From contig OX597823.1 of the NCBI GenBank assembly GCA_951406725.2, positions 29,512,001 to 29,576,000 on the forward strand: DNA of 64,000 nt, written 5' to 3'. Both the position numbers and the translations under genes were made by a program. The notes beneath the pieces were generated by a model that was not told the DNA's origin, ran no database searches, and worked only from the letters and a program-made list of their open reading frames with translations. Below, one piece after another: positions 26,740 to 39,634 of the stretch. The DNA is from Octopus vulgaris. Lineage: Eukaryota. The first letter of the stretch is position 1. The number at the start of each line of letters is the position of its first letter.

Positions 26740-27064
26740 CGTGCGTGCGTTCACGCGTATACAGGTCTTTTAAAGTTGGTGTGGTCGATGTGAAAATAAG
26801 TCCAGCTTCTGCCTTCATTGGTCGTTGATGTCTTCGAAGTAAATGCAAATCGACAAAAGGTAACACAAGGCTTTTCAATCATTCGCAAATCAGCGATGCT
26901 TTTCATCGAATTGTTTAATAAATGAACTCTTTGCATATTAAAGAAAAAGGAAAGGAAAAGAAAAACACGCCATATTTCAACTGGATGGCAATGTTGAGCA
27001 GTTGTTTATTAACCTTTGTATGGTTGTGGTATACCAACTGCTGGTTGAGGGGAGTAGAGAATAC

Positions 27065-27113
<49 letters not shown>

Positions 27114-27406
27114 ACAGCAGCAGCAGCATGTTTAGGCAGCATGTCTATGAAGAGATTTTTCTCTTGGACAAAAATCACCGCACAATGCTTTTCAACTGTG
27201 TGTACACATTGATTATGATACGCAGCATGCCAATTATATTTTATTGTGATGTTGCTTCAATTGCGTGCGACGAATTTTGATTCGGCCCAGCAGCCTTCCC
27301 GTAATATCAGTGAATGTATTTTATTCACTGTATTTATTCAGTGAATGTATTTTATTCCTTGATATCTCTGTGGTGTGATCTCCTCTAGACATATAAACTA
27401 GCGAGT

Positions 27407-27451
27407 AACGTCACTGACTAGGCCACGTAGGCCGAAAACGCGTCTGGCGTT
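27407..27451 (+). ncRNA. Degenerate type I hammerhead ribozyme motif
   Basis: AACGUCA-CUGACUA-GGCC(ACGUA)GGCC-GAAAA-CGCG-UC-UGGCGUU; 7-bp helix I and 4-bp helix II, but G8 is U and there is an extra A after GAAA. Confidence 0.6.
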
Positions 27452-27686
27452 CTTATGAATCAATGCTGGGATGATCTTTATCTCGGTTGATCGCTCTGTT
27501 CGCATGTGTGTATGTGTGTGTGTGAGCGCGCACGTATGCATATGTGTAATTTTTTGCTTCTGTCATTAGACTGTTCTTAATAGAAGAGTATGTCAATGAA
27601 GCGACGTGGTAAAAAAACAACAAAAGAAAGCAGCATGATTTTCAACTGTATATACGGTCCTCGGTAGTATAGTGGTAAGTAGCCGG

Positions 27687-27758
27687 TCCTCGGTAGTATA
27701 GTGGTAAGTATCCCCGCCTGTCACGCGGGAGACCGGGGTTCGATTCCCCGCCGGGGAG
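27687..27758 (+). tRNA. trnD-GUC: tRNA-Asp (anticodon GTC)
   Basis: TCCTCGGTAGTATAGTGGTAAGTATCCCCGCCTGTCACGCGGGAGACCGGGGTTCGATTCCCCGCCGGGGAG: 72 nt, acceptor stem TCCTCGG/CCGGGGA, anticodon loop CTGTCAC, intact A and B boxes; matches the conserved metazoan tRNA-Asp. Confidence 0.93.
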
Positions 27759-28103
27759 GCTCATATTTAGCCAGGTGGTGCTATTAAGTTAGACATGGCC
27801 TGGGCCAATACTGGCCAAAACCTTTCTAAGTTATTCTAAGTTATATATACGTCAAGTATGATATATAGATGGCTATTTGGTTTATACACTGAAAATAAAA
27901 GATAGCATAGGGAAACGTACGATGTTTGTCAAAAGCATTAAAAAAACAGGATTTCCCTCAAAAGAAATACTTACCAGCAATGAATGCTGAATAGTAGAAG
28001 CGGAAGAAATGGAATTAGAGGAATGCTTCCTTTCAGTGGCAAATCAAAATTCTTGTGAGTCGAACCAAGAACAAGATCATTTTCGTTTTAATTTTATTTG
28101 ATC

Positions 28104-28166
28104 GGTTCATCTTGGTCGGGCCTCTACCCATTGACCTATCCAACAAGGGTAACCCTACCAGGAGTC

Positions 28167-28229
<63 letters not shown>

Positions 28230-28319
28230 GTATATGTATATATATATATATACTGATACTCCAGTTGGCACGGCTCGCTGGGTCACAGAGGCGCGCAAGC
28301 CACCCCACCACGACAAGGT
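28104..28319 (-). mobile_element. RTE-clade LINE 5'-end motif split by (TA)n
   Basis: Minus strand CCTTGTCGTGGTGGGGTGGCTTGCGCGCC...CTGGTAGGGTTACCC...AGGTCAATGGGTAGAGGCCCGAC resembles BovB/Expander 5' ends. Confidence 0.55.
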
Positions 28320-28416
28320 ATGAACCATGGGGTAGACTGACAAAATGTATGCGTATAACAGACTATACACACACACATATATATATATAGAGAGAGACCA
28401 AAGTGTACGTACGCCG

Positions 28417-28478
<62 letters not shown>

Positions 28479-28547
28479 CAAAAATACAAAATGGGACAAG
28501 GACGCAAAACATCCGGACTGTTAGGTGATACAAAAAAGGGACAACAA

Positions 28548-28592
<45 letters not shown>

Positions 28593-28607
28593 CTATATAT
28601 AAACTCC

Positions 28608-28807
28608 CTTTTACTCTTTTACAAGTTTCAGTCATTTGACTGTGGCCATGCTGGAGCAGCGCCTTTAGTCGAACAAATCGACTCCAGGATTTATTCTTTG
28701 TAAGCCGAGCACTTATTCAATCGGTTTATTTTTCGGTCGAACCGCTAAGTTACGGGGACGTAAGCACACCAACACCGGTTGTCAAGTGGTGGTCAAATAC
28801 ACGCACG

Positions 28808-28874
<67 letters not shown>

Positions 28875-29040
28875 GACGGGCTGCTTCTTTCAGTTTCCGT
28901 CTTGCAAATCCACTCACAATGCTTTGATTGAGCTCGAGGTTATAGTAGAGGACGTTTGCTCAAGGTGGCACGCAATGGGACTGAACCCGGAGTCACATGC
29001 TTAGAAAGCAAACTTTTTTTTTTACGGCACAACCACACCT
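28608..29040 (-). mobile_element. SINE family A
   Basis: Tail, internal microsatellite and degraded head. Confidence 0.8.
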
Positions 29041-29708
29041 GTACCAAGGAAGGATATATCCGGTTTTCTCTATTCACATTTCGAAGTGGATTGGCCGAAT
29101 CGGTAGAGCGTCAAACGAAATGACCTTTGATAGCGTTTCTTTTCACCTCTATACATTCCGGTTTCAAATCCGACTGAGGTCAAATTTGTCATTTATCTTT
29201 CCCCCATGTGAACTAAATAAAGTGGGAATCAAGTTCTGGGGTTGATGGTATCGGCGATCCTCCCCCACCACCACGACCAACACCATCTGAAGCAGTTAGA
29301 TATATAGATATATACTGTGCTAGAGTAGAGGGCAGCGTCGCCCATTTTAAGAAGTGCTATTCTACGCGGTCACCCAACCTACTAGAAATAGCAGCCAAAT
29401 CTTCCAGCGAATGACTGCCGTCTTAACAAAGAAAACCTACTTGATGTATGTCCAGTGTACACTATACCTAGAAAAAAATGTGATGATCACGGATGGAATA
29501 CCTTCAACAATGTTGGCACGATTAGGTCCGACTCGGTCGCATCCTTAATTTAGACGTAAATCTTGCCCCGAGTAGAAGTTGCGACCCAGTTTTTTTCTTC
29601 TTTTTTGTTAAAATCAAATATAAAACAGTGCGACTTACACACGAATAAATATGGTATACATGCATACATACATGCACGTATGTATGTATGTATGTATGTA
29701 TGTATGTA

Positions 29709-29785
<77 letters not shown>

Positions 29786-30233
29786 GTGTGTATGCATGCA
29801 TGTGTATGTGTGAGTGACTGAGGGAGCGATAACAATAGTTGGAGAAGGGGAAATGTGAATGAATATACATTATTTGTATTTCTCATCTTTGTTTTGTTTC
29901 GTTATTTTTCTTATCTTGCATGACATGTGTTATATAATAAATACAAGTCGAAGATAAGCATTTGATGACTTTAACCTCGTGACCTCGTTGAGAATTCTGA
30001 AGCGATGGCGGAGAGGTTGTATAACAAAAATGAAAAAATAAAATCTTAAAAAAAGGGACTTGATAACGAGACCTATGGAAAGATAAAATGTCTCTAAGGA
30101 CGCATGCACGGACTTTTATGTAAGTGGTTTTAATAAATTTTGAGTGGGAAAATAGCGTAATATAGAAGCAGAGGTCATCATATCGTGGTATATGTGAAAA
30201 TTATCATTTAAGTCTCCACCCATGATAAGTTTT

Positions 30234-30281
<48 letters not shown>

Positions 30282-30869
30282 GAGTGAGAGAGCAATGCAT
30301 GCCATCAAAGTGACATTGGGGTAAAATATGCGAAGCCCAGTATACCCATCATGACTACCCGTCTGATAAGGGTACACCAGTTGCATGCATCACAACCATA
30401 TGTGCACGACATGGTGAACTCATATCAAGATAAACAGAGCATGACATTGCAGTTGGAAATTTTCTTCAGGTCGAGTAGCCCATCCCGCTCGAAAGGTCCC
30501 TGAATAAGTGTTGTTTTAGGATGTTGAACGAAACATCCATGTTTCCAGAAGTGAATTATCCAAACCCCAAAGGATTCCTCTCAACACATGGCTATGGTGC
30601 TCCCCCACGTCTTCTGCTCGTAGTGAAAGATGTATATATCGTCAGTCACCAAAAGACATGCTCAGCTGATTAAGGTCAAACAACTGACAAGCAAATCTGT
30701 GGTATTGAGCAGAATATTTGCTGTAGCCCATCTTTTATACCAAGACAAAATAATGTACATTATAACACTTCCAATCAGTTAAGATCAGAAGCCATTGGTT
30801 TAATGTGGAGCAAGAAGCAGGGTCCATAACCACGACGAAAAACTGAAATTCTAGTGAAACTGATTTGGT

Positions 30870-31560
30870 TAATGTTCAATTTGAACAGTTGCAAATCAGC
30901 TGTTGCGGGTAAAATACGTCATTTGCAAGGGAAGAAGGAATTCCGGAGGGTCGATGATATGACGAGCAAGGACTGGTGACAGTTGTTAGTGCAGGTTCTG
31001 GGGAGGTTTGGACACAATAAGGATAGCGAACAGAAGAGAGAGACGAGGTCAGCAGGTCCTTAGAAACAAAAAGATATTGTAGTAGCGGTACCAAAAAAAA
31101 AAAAAAACCCAGAGGAACGAGATGTCTGAGCGTCCAAGGGTGGGATGCGGTGGTGAGCGACTTTAAGGTGATCTGCCGGACTGTCTGTCTGAACATGGCT
31201 GAGTATGTTTGAGTGTCCAAGGGTGCAATGCGGTGGTGAGTGACTAAGGCGATCGGTCGGATTGTCTGTCTGAGCATGTCTGAGTGTCCAAGGGTGCAAT
31301 GCGGTGGTGAGTGACTAAAGCGATCGGTCGGATAGTCTATCTGAGCATGTCTGAGTGTCCAAGGGTGCAATGCGGTGGTGAGTGACTAAAGCGATCGGTC
31401 GGATTGTCTGTCTGAACATGGCTGAGCATGTCTGAGTGTCCAAGGGTGCAATGCGGCGGTGAGTGACTAAAGCGATCGGTCGGATTGTCTGTCTGAGTGT
31501 CCAAGAGTGGAATGCGGCGGTGAGTGACTTTAAGGCGATCGGTCGCACTGTATCGGACGG
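30870..31560 (-). mobile_element. CR1/Jockey-like LINE ORF2 C-terminal remnant
   Basis: Frameshifted IRPIALKSLT..HPWTLRH, WYRYYN, YPYCVQ, PRTCTNNCHQS, STLRNS, PATADLQLFKLNINQI. Confidence 0.6.
31127..31555. repeat. Six-unit minisatellite, units 61-83 bp
   Basis: Units start at 31127, 31210, 31281, 31352, 31433 and 31494 with TGAGTGTCCAAGGGTGCAATGCGG. Confidence 0.95.
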
Positions 31561-31872
31561 AGCTTTCCAAATTGCATTTGTCTTTATATCTATTAGCTAC
31601 CACCCTCATTTCTTTTACAAACACTCAACACCGCACCTTTCAACGAAATTAAATACATAAGATAATGGTGACACGTTAACTGCTGTTAAACGACTACATG
31701 AGTCATTTGTTGGTATGACAAGATATTTCTACCCCTAAACACAATCAGAAGATTCGTACAAGAAGTAAAAGTTGAAAATGTTTTTCGAAAATTAGTGCAA
31801 TTAAAAAAGTGCGTCTTGGAGTCAACCCCAACCCTCACTTTCAAAAGCACAGTCTAAGTGCCTTTGTGTGTC

Positions 31873-31916
<44 letters not shown>

Positions 31917-32040
31917 TGTGTGTCTGTGTGTCCATGTGTGTGTGTGTGTCCATGTGTATTCCCGTGTGTGTGTATGCGTGTCTCTGCGTGTGTGCGTGTG
32001 TGTATGCATGTATCTTGGTGTGTGTAGATTGTATGTATGA

Positions 32041-32362
32041 AGGTGCGTGGCTTAGTGGCTAGGGTATTCGGTTTACGATCGTAAGGTCATGAGTTCAATT
32101 CCCGGCGACGCGTTGTGTCCTTGAGTAAGACCCTCTATTTCACGATGCACCAGTTCACTCAGCTGACAATAATGATAATACCTGCATTTCAAAAGGGACC
32201 ATCCGTGTCACACTCTGTGTCACGCTCGATCTCCCTAAGAACTACTTTAAAGGCACGCGTATCTGTGGAACACTCAAGCCACTGGCAACGTTAATTTCAC
32301 GAGCAAGCATTCCGTTGGTCGGATCAATTGGAACACTCGTCGTTGAAACTGACGGAGAGCCA
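32041..32362 (+). mobile_element. tRNA-derived SINE family C
   Basis: A box TGGCTTAGTGG, B box GTTCAATTCC, TTGTGTCCTTGAG domain; reverse copy at 35489-35807, degraded copies near 2865-3125, 23350-23560 and 59505-59662. Confidence 0.8.
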
Positions 32363-32710
32363 GGTCGTAGATGGTACGTTAGAGCAGAACTCTAGTGTGG
32401 GTCTCGCCTAAAATTTGTAACGAGCCAGTATTTGAAAAGGAGGTGGGATGCGACCTTTTCTGATCCCGAAGAGAGGAAAACAATGGCAAGTTTTGGTGAT
32501 AGAAGCATCGCCATAACGAAATCGAATGTTTGCGAGGAGACATCATTCTTGATTGTCAAGCTTAACACTGGTAACAACCTAGAATGTTCAAGGGGCATAT
32601 TATAATCTATGTTTAGAATTTTGTGCTGAGGTTAAGCTTCGATACTTTTATAGCCAGCGCAGTTTATGTAATCGGAGATTAGAATTCGTGTTGTTGCTTG
32701 TTATTATATA

Positions 32711-33123
32711 GGCGTAGGAGTGGTTGTGTGGTAAGTAGCTTGCTTACCAACCACATGGTTCCGGGTTCAGACCGACTGCGTGGTACCTTGGGCAAGTGTC
32801 ATCTACTATAGCCCCGGGCCGACCAAAGCCTTGTGAGTGGATTTGGTAGACGGAAACTGAAAGAAGCCCGTCGTATATATATATATACATATATGTATGC
32901 GTGTGTGTATATGCTTGCGTGTCTGTGTTTGTCCCCCCTCCCCCAACATCGCTTGACAATCGATGCTGGTGTGTTTACGTCTCTGTAACTTAGGGGTTCG
33001 GCAAAAGAGACCGATAGAATAAGTAATAGGCTTGCAAAGAATAAGTCCTGGGGTAGATTTGCTATCTTAAGGGCGATGCTCCAGCATGGCCACAGTTAAA
33101 TAACTGAAACAAGTAAAAGAGTA
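32711..33123 (+). mobile_element. SINE family A, full length
   Basis: GGCGTAGGAGTGGTTGTGTGGTAAG...GAAACAAGTAAAAGAGTA. Confidence 0.9.
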
Positions 33124-33144
33124 TTGTTGTTGCTTAGCTCTTGA

Positions 33145-33400
33145 TCAGTGGCTCCCAAACTTTTTCGGGCTGCCGCCCCCTTGTGATACCCGAGCCACAT
33201 TCCTACCGCCCCCACCCCAACTAACCATCACAAACATAGACCTCTTTCTGAAGCAAATTCAAAGCAAATGTATTTCACAAATAAAGCATAACCTAATGAA
33301 CCCATCATTTTGTTGTTTTTACATGAATCGCTATCCCACTTTTCTTCAACGCCCCTTGGGAACTTTTCACCGTCCCCAAGGGACAATACTGCCCACTAAT
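33145..33400. mobile_element. Degenerate hAT-like MITE
   Basis: 5' end CAGTGGCTCCCAAACTTTTTCGGGCTGCCGCCCCCTTG is typical of Charlie-type termini; right end not resolved. Confidence 0.4.
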
Positions 33401-34088
33401 CGAGCAGACCTATGATCTGGGTGGCAGGCTTAATCCGTCACCTGGTTTAACATTATAAACTGAGTCTTTGGTGTTTTAAATAAAATCTGCTGCAAGCATT
33501 TGGACTTGGAATCCTCCACGTCCTGCCCCCTAACCAGTCTCGGAGGACTGGAAAAGTTCTTAGGTGCAACTATCCTTCCTCCTGTAACTCTACCCCTCGA
33601 ACGCCCTCGAAACACCTGGAAAAAATCGTGAATAAATATCTCTTTTCTCCTACTTCTCGGACGTTCTGGAAAAGGGCATGGATACTTACCATCGCTCCAA
33701 ACGAAAAGGTAAAAAGGAAAATCCATTTTTGTTCTCTTAGATACAGGATATCTAGGAATCTATTATCCAATGTGTCCTTCCTAAGTGCGCTGAGAAAGAC
33801 TTGGCTGCTACTTTAGGCGACGTTGCAGAGGATGTCTCAGAGTTGTGTATAAATGCGAAATTGTACTAACAGTCATTAAACGTACATCTCTATTTCTTTC
33901 TCATTTCAGAACGGTGCCGACTTTTGCCGTCACAGACCACTTCCAGTCCGGAATTCTACCGATTAGATTGAGTTACCCCAGACACCCAGCATCTTCCAGG
34001 CACCAATCTCACCCACGTAACTCACCAGCATCTGACGAAAACACTTCTCCTACTGCGCATATATATACGGGTGCATATATATACATAT

Positions 34089-34135
<47 letters not shown>

Positions 34136-34904
34136 TATATATATATATGTATATGTGTGTGTGTGTGTGTGTGTGTATGTGTGTGTGTGTGTATCTTTGC
34201 ATTCACACATGCACATATGCAAAGTTGGTAGAGAGCTTCGTTGATACAGGTAACTCGGGCAAAACTATGATATCTCAAATGGGCGCGCTGGGTGGCCATC
34301 GCAATATGCAAATTATCAAGGAATGTATACAAAATGGTGTCAGTTGCACCATTACTACACACACACATTCGCACCACGACACACTCACACAAACATACAC
34401 CCACACGCACGCACACATGCACAAGTACCCGAATGACACTCTATGTACACGATTTTATAAACACTTCACTATATTCCTAATATAATTCCTATATAGTTAA
34501 TGCTGTGAGCTGGTACAATCGCTAGCTAGCACATCGCACAAAAGGCTCCGTGGCATTTCGTCTATCTTCACGCTCTGAGTTCAAATCCGCCGAGGTCGAG
34601 TGTGCTCTTCAATCTTTCGATGTCGAGAAAATAAGTACCGGCCGAGTACTGAGGTTGGATAAAATAAGTACCAGCTATGTACTGAGGTCGATGTACTCGA
34701 CTTACCTCCTATCCCGAAATGGCTAGCCTTGTGCCAAAATTTGAAACCAAAATATTTTCTGTACAGTGAAACACCTACGTTACTGCAACACAATTACTTC
34801 AATGCAACTCAGAGATGCACCCGACTGTGTAAACATTCCACATAGCCATGAAACACCGACTGAAGATGCTGGATATTTGTATTGCTTAGAGAGAAGCGTT
34901 GGCT

Positions 34905-35183
34905 AAGAGGGTAAAGACCCCCTTCGGTCATAAACGACCATGGGATTGCACCTAGAAAGTTATCCTCTGGGGCACAAGTCCGGGCAAGGTTGTTTATGGA
35001 AGTCGCCCACGCATACCAGCTTCCACAGCTTGGCACACGTCGCAACTCATTTCTACAGCTGAGTGAACTAGTGCAATGTGAAATAAAATGAAATAAAGAA
35101 CACAACACACAGCCCGGTCCGGGAATCGAACTCACTACCTCATGATTGTGAGCCCGACGCTCTAACCACTGGGCCAAGCGCCT
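34905..35183 (-). mobile_element. tRNA-derived SINE with a family-C-like head and a different tail
   Basis: Minus strand GGCGCTTGGCCCAGTGGTTAGAGCGTCGG...GAGTTCGATTCCCGG; the tail is unrelated to family C. Confidence 0.7.
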
Positions 35184-35488
35184 TACAGTTGGTTCAATAA
35201 AAACCTTACTATTGGCTAGACACGTTACTTACTATTGGAAAGGAGTTCCTACAGGGGATAGGACGGTTGTATCTCAGTCTCGCTGCTTCTATATCTTACA
35301 GTTCTTAGTTGTTTTCATTCTCTTTTGCCACTGGATACCAAAAGAGTAGAAAGAGAGGATGGGATAGTTCTGCGCAGTTTTACTTCCCCTCAAAAATCTT
35401 GCGGCTTTAGATACTTGGAGGTTATTGGCCTAAAAATCTAACACAGGAGCACAAAAAGTAATGCTGCTGATCTGGTCACTGATCAGAA

Positions 35489-35807
35489 GCACTCCGTCGG
35501 TTACAATGACGAGGGTTCCAGTTGATACGATTAACGGAACATATTACTCGTGAAATTAACGTGCAAGTGGCTGAGCACTCCACAGACACGTGTACCCTTA
35601 ACGTAGTTCTCGGGGAGACTCAGCGTGACACAGTGTGTGACAAGGCTGGCCCTTTGAAATACAGGTACTACCCATTTTTGCCAGCTGAGTGGACTGGAGC
35701 AACGCGAAATAAAGTGTCTTGCTTGAAGGACAAAACGCGTCGCCGGGAATTGAACTCACGACCTTACGTTCGCGAGCCGAATGCCCTAACCACTAAGCCA
35801 CACACCT
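35489..35807 (-). mobile_element. SINE family C
   Basis: Reverse-complement homology with 32041-32362 along its whole length. Confidence 0.8.
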
Positions 35808-36037
35808 TCACCAATGGTTAGACAACTAAAGGATAGACACCTCGGCAATCTTTCGTTTTGAAAGATCGCCGACAACTCACAACAGACTAGATAAACACTT
35901 TGTTACTAACGCCTTGCTGGACACTTTACTATAAGCTACATGGACATTTTAAGTGTGTCTAACCAATATAGTTAGACATAAACAACATGGTCAGAGCTGT
36001 AAGAAAATAGCACAGCCCATAGACGAATATTCAGCTG

Positions 36038-36462
36038 TACTCTTTTACTCTTTTTACTCTTTTACTTGTTTCAGTCATTTGACTGCGGCCATGCTGGAGC
36101 ACCGCCTTTAGTCGAGCAAATCGACCCCGGGACTTATTCTTTTGTAAGCCCAGTACTTATTCTATCAGTCTGTTTTGCCGAACCGCTAAGTGACGGGGAC
36201 GTAAACACACACCAGCATCGGTTGTCAAGCAATGCTAGGGGGACAAACACAGACACACAAACACACACATACATACATATATATATATATACATATATAC
36301 GACAGGCTTCTTTCAGTTTCCGTCTACCAAACCCACTCACAAGGCATTGGTCGTCCCGGGGCTATAGCAGAAGACACTTGCCTAAGATGCCATGCAGTGG
36401 GATTGAACCCAGAACCATGTGGTTGGTTAGCAAGCTACTTACCACACAGCCACTCCTGCGCC
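36038..36462 (-). mobile_element. SINE family A, full length
   Basis: Complete head, body and (GTAAAAGA)n tail. Confidence 0.9.
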
Positions 36463-37092
36463 TAGTTTTAGATTCTTACATCTACGCTTTTGAATCGCTT
36501 TTCATCGGAGGATCGAATTTGTCTGTCATCTCTCTACAAGCAGGTTCTGATAACACATCTGTGGTTACGCTTAAAATTTGAAAACAAAATTTATATTCGT
36601 AGATACAAAAAAAAATTTTTTAAATAAAAATAAAAATTTAATATCTCATAGATCGAACCCGGACCCGGAATATTACTAGTATCTATTTAAGTCATGGAAC
36701 ATTACACGATTGTCACATTATGACGTAATAGGACATTGTTATGACGTGTTGTGCGTTATCGTATGTATGCGGAAGTGTATATGCGTGACGTGGGTTCAAA
36801 TCAGCGTGGAGTACGTGTATCCATGTGTACATGTCTTTAAACGTATATGTGTGTATGTGTGCGTGTGTGTGTATTCGAGGGCTTATGTATGCGGAGTCAT
36901 GTGTATTATGTCTGAGTGTGATAGTTTGTGTATGTGTGTGTGTATGCCTTCTCTGTGTATGTGTGTGTGTATGTGTGTGTGTATGCCTTCTCCACGAGCC
37001 CATGTGGAGCAACATGTACTATTTATGCACGTCTATCAATGTATTAATGTGTATATGCGTAATCGCATATGGAGCGGTACATATGTATTAAC

Positions 37093-37444
37093 GTACAGGA
37101 GTGGCCGTGTGGTAAGTTATTGCTTACCAACCACATAGTTCCGGGTTCAGTCCCACTGCGTGGTACATTGGGCAAGTGTCTTCTACTATAGTTTCGGGCT
37201 GACCAAAGCCTTGTGAGTGGATTGGGTAGACGGAAACTGAAAGAAGCCCGTCGTATATATATATATGTGTTTGTGTTTGTCCCCCCAACATCGCTTGACA
37301 ACCGATGGTGATGTGTTTACGTCCCCGTAACTTATTGGTTCTGCAAGAGAGACCGATAGAATAAGTCCTGGGGTTGATATCCTCGACTAAAAGGCGGTGC
37401 TCCAGCATGGCCGCAGTCAAATGACTGAAACGAGTAAAAGAGAG
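37093..37444 (+). mobile_element. SINE family A
   Basis: Complete head and tail with a small internal deletion. Confidence 0.85.
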
Positions 37445-37447
37445 TGT

Positions 37448-37492
<45 letters not shown>

Positions 37493-38790
37493 TGTGTGTG
37501 TGAGTGTGACTGGATGTTCGCGTGTGTGCGTGTCTGTGGGTGTGTGAACACGTACATTTTACATGCATAACAGGATGTGTATCATGTGACTGTATGCCCG
37601 TATGCATACGTGTTCCAGTGAATTCTTTCACTGCTTGTATCTGCTTTCACTAAATACTATACTCTCTCTCTTCTTCTTCTTCTTCTTCTTCTTCTCTCTC
37701 TCTAGTTATATATCTCTCTATTTATCACTATTTATCTATCTATCTAACCTTGGTCACCAATTCTCTCTGTGTATCTATTTTCTTATCTGCCAGCTTTTAT
37801 ATAAGTAGGTCATCTCTCTCCCTCTCCCCCCTCTCTCTCTCTCTCTTACCCTCTCTTTACTGCCCTCTGACAACCACACACCCGGTTCCAAACACACTCT
37901 GCCGAATATAATAGTCTTCGTCTACGGCACAATTGCTGACGTTTCACTTTGTGTACACCACATACCGAACACGACGTTCCTACTTTCGGAACACAGAGAC
38001 CAAACTGTATCGCTTATCGTCGTCCCTCACACAAGCGCATGCGCTGGCCTTGGCTCTTTTGTTCATTGTGTTTGCTAAATAGTAATATAAGTTAACTTTG
38101 TAGTATAAATAAAAGCGGTAAAAGACAGCCCTTTGTATAACCGAAGACGGTGGCTTTGATTCCCCGGTGGCATCAGTCGACGTTTCGTTAATTACGTCAT
38201 TGACATCATTAAGAAAGGCACCGACCTCACACCATCTCATCACAGTGTGTAATTGTTGCTCGTGTTTGTTTCCCCACTACAGCTTCACAACCGGTATCGG
38301 TTTGTTTATGTTCCCGTGACTCAGCAGTTCGGCGTTTAAGGCCGATAGAATAAGTACCAAACGTGAAACAAATTAAATGAATAAATGAATAAGTACTTGC
38401 GTTCAACTAAAACCCCTTCGAGGCGTTGCCCCAGCATGGCCGCAATCCAGTCATGGAAACAAGTGTAGCTTAAAACAGAGTCATTATCTCTTTTATTCTT
38501 TCTTTTACTCTTTCACTTGCTTCAGTCAGTTGACTGCGGCTATGTTGGAGCATCGCCTTTTAGTCGAGCAAATCGACCCCCCGGATTTAGTCTATCGGTT
38601 CCTTTTGGCGAACCGCTAAGTGACGGGGACATAAACACATCAGCATCGGCTGTCAAGCGATGTTTGGGGAACAAACACAGACACACATATATATATACGA
38701 CAGGCTTCTTTCAGTTTCCGTCTACCAAATCCACTCACAAGGCTTTGGTCGGCCCGAGACTATAGACTGCTGCCCAAGGTGCCACACAGT

Positions 38791-38855
<65 letters not shown>

Positions 38856-39634
38856 ATATATATATATGGCGGTGCCCCAGCATGGCCACAGCTCGTGAGC
38901 TGAAACTAGATGAGATAAAAAAAAATTAAAAAATTAAATATATATAGAAGCTAAGAAGTAAATAGTCAGATAGAAGCAAGTTGATTGGTTAATTACAGAA
39001 CTGATCATAATTACCGTCACCACCACAAGAAGAAGAAGAAGAAGAAGAAGAAGAAGAAGAAGAAGAAGAAGAAGAAGAAGAAGAAGAAGAAGAAGGAGGA
39101 GGAGGAGGAGGAGGAGGAGGAAGAGGAAGAGGAAGAGGATGGGCATTTTCAGTCATGAGGGTTTTCCCACTGAAGTATTATACTGTCACTCGAAAAAAAA
39201 ATTTGAAATTTTCCCTTCTTCCTCATTTTTTTCTTTGCGTGTGTATGTTTTTTTCTTTCTTAATAAATTTCAACAGTTATAAGCCGGATCCGGCTCGTGG
39301 GCCCTGTATTTGTCACCTCTTGTTATAAATGGAGAAACCGGATTTGTACCAAACGCACCATGAAACTTCACTATCCCAGCTGAACTGATCTGAGGTCACA
39401 CAACGAGAAAAGCAATAGCAATCAGCATTTATCATAAAAGATCGATAAAAAAAAAGTCAACCAGTCATATATATATACATATATACTATCGTATATAAGT
39501 ATATATATATGTATGTGTGTGTATATGTTTGTGTGTGTCTGTGTTTGTCCCCCCCACCATCGCTTGACAACCGATGCTGGTGTGTTTACGTCCCCGTCAC
39601 TTAGCGGTTCGGCAAAAAGAGAGACCGATAGAAT

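Noticed and set aside
30283-30795. Possible (TAA)n-targeting LINE 3' UTR
   Set aside because: Single copy in the window with no ORF; class cannot be supported from this sequence alone.
31127-31555. CRISPR-like array
   Set aside because: Whole units repeat with no unique spacers, there are no cas genes, and the context is eukaryotic. The same applies to 39635-40380.
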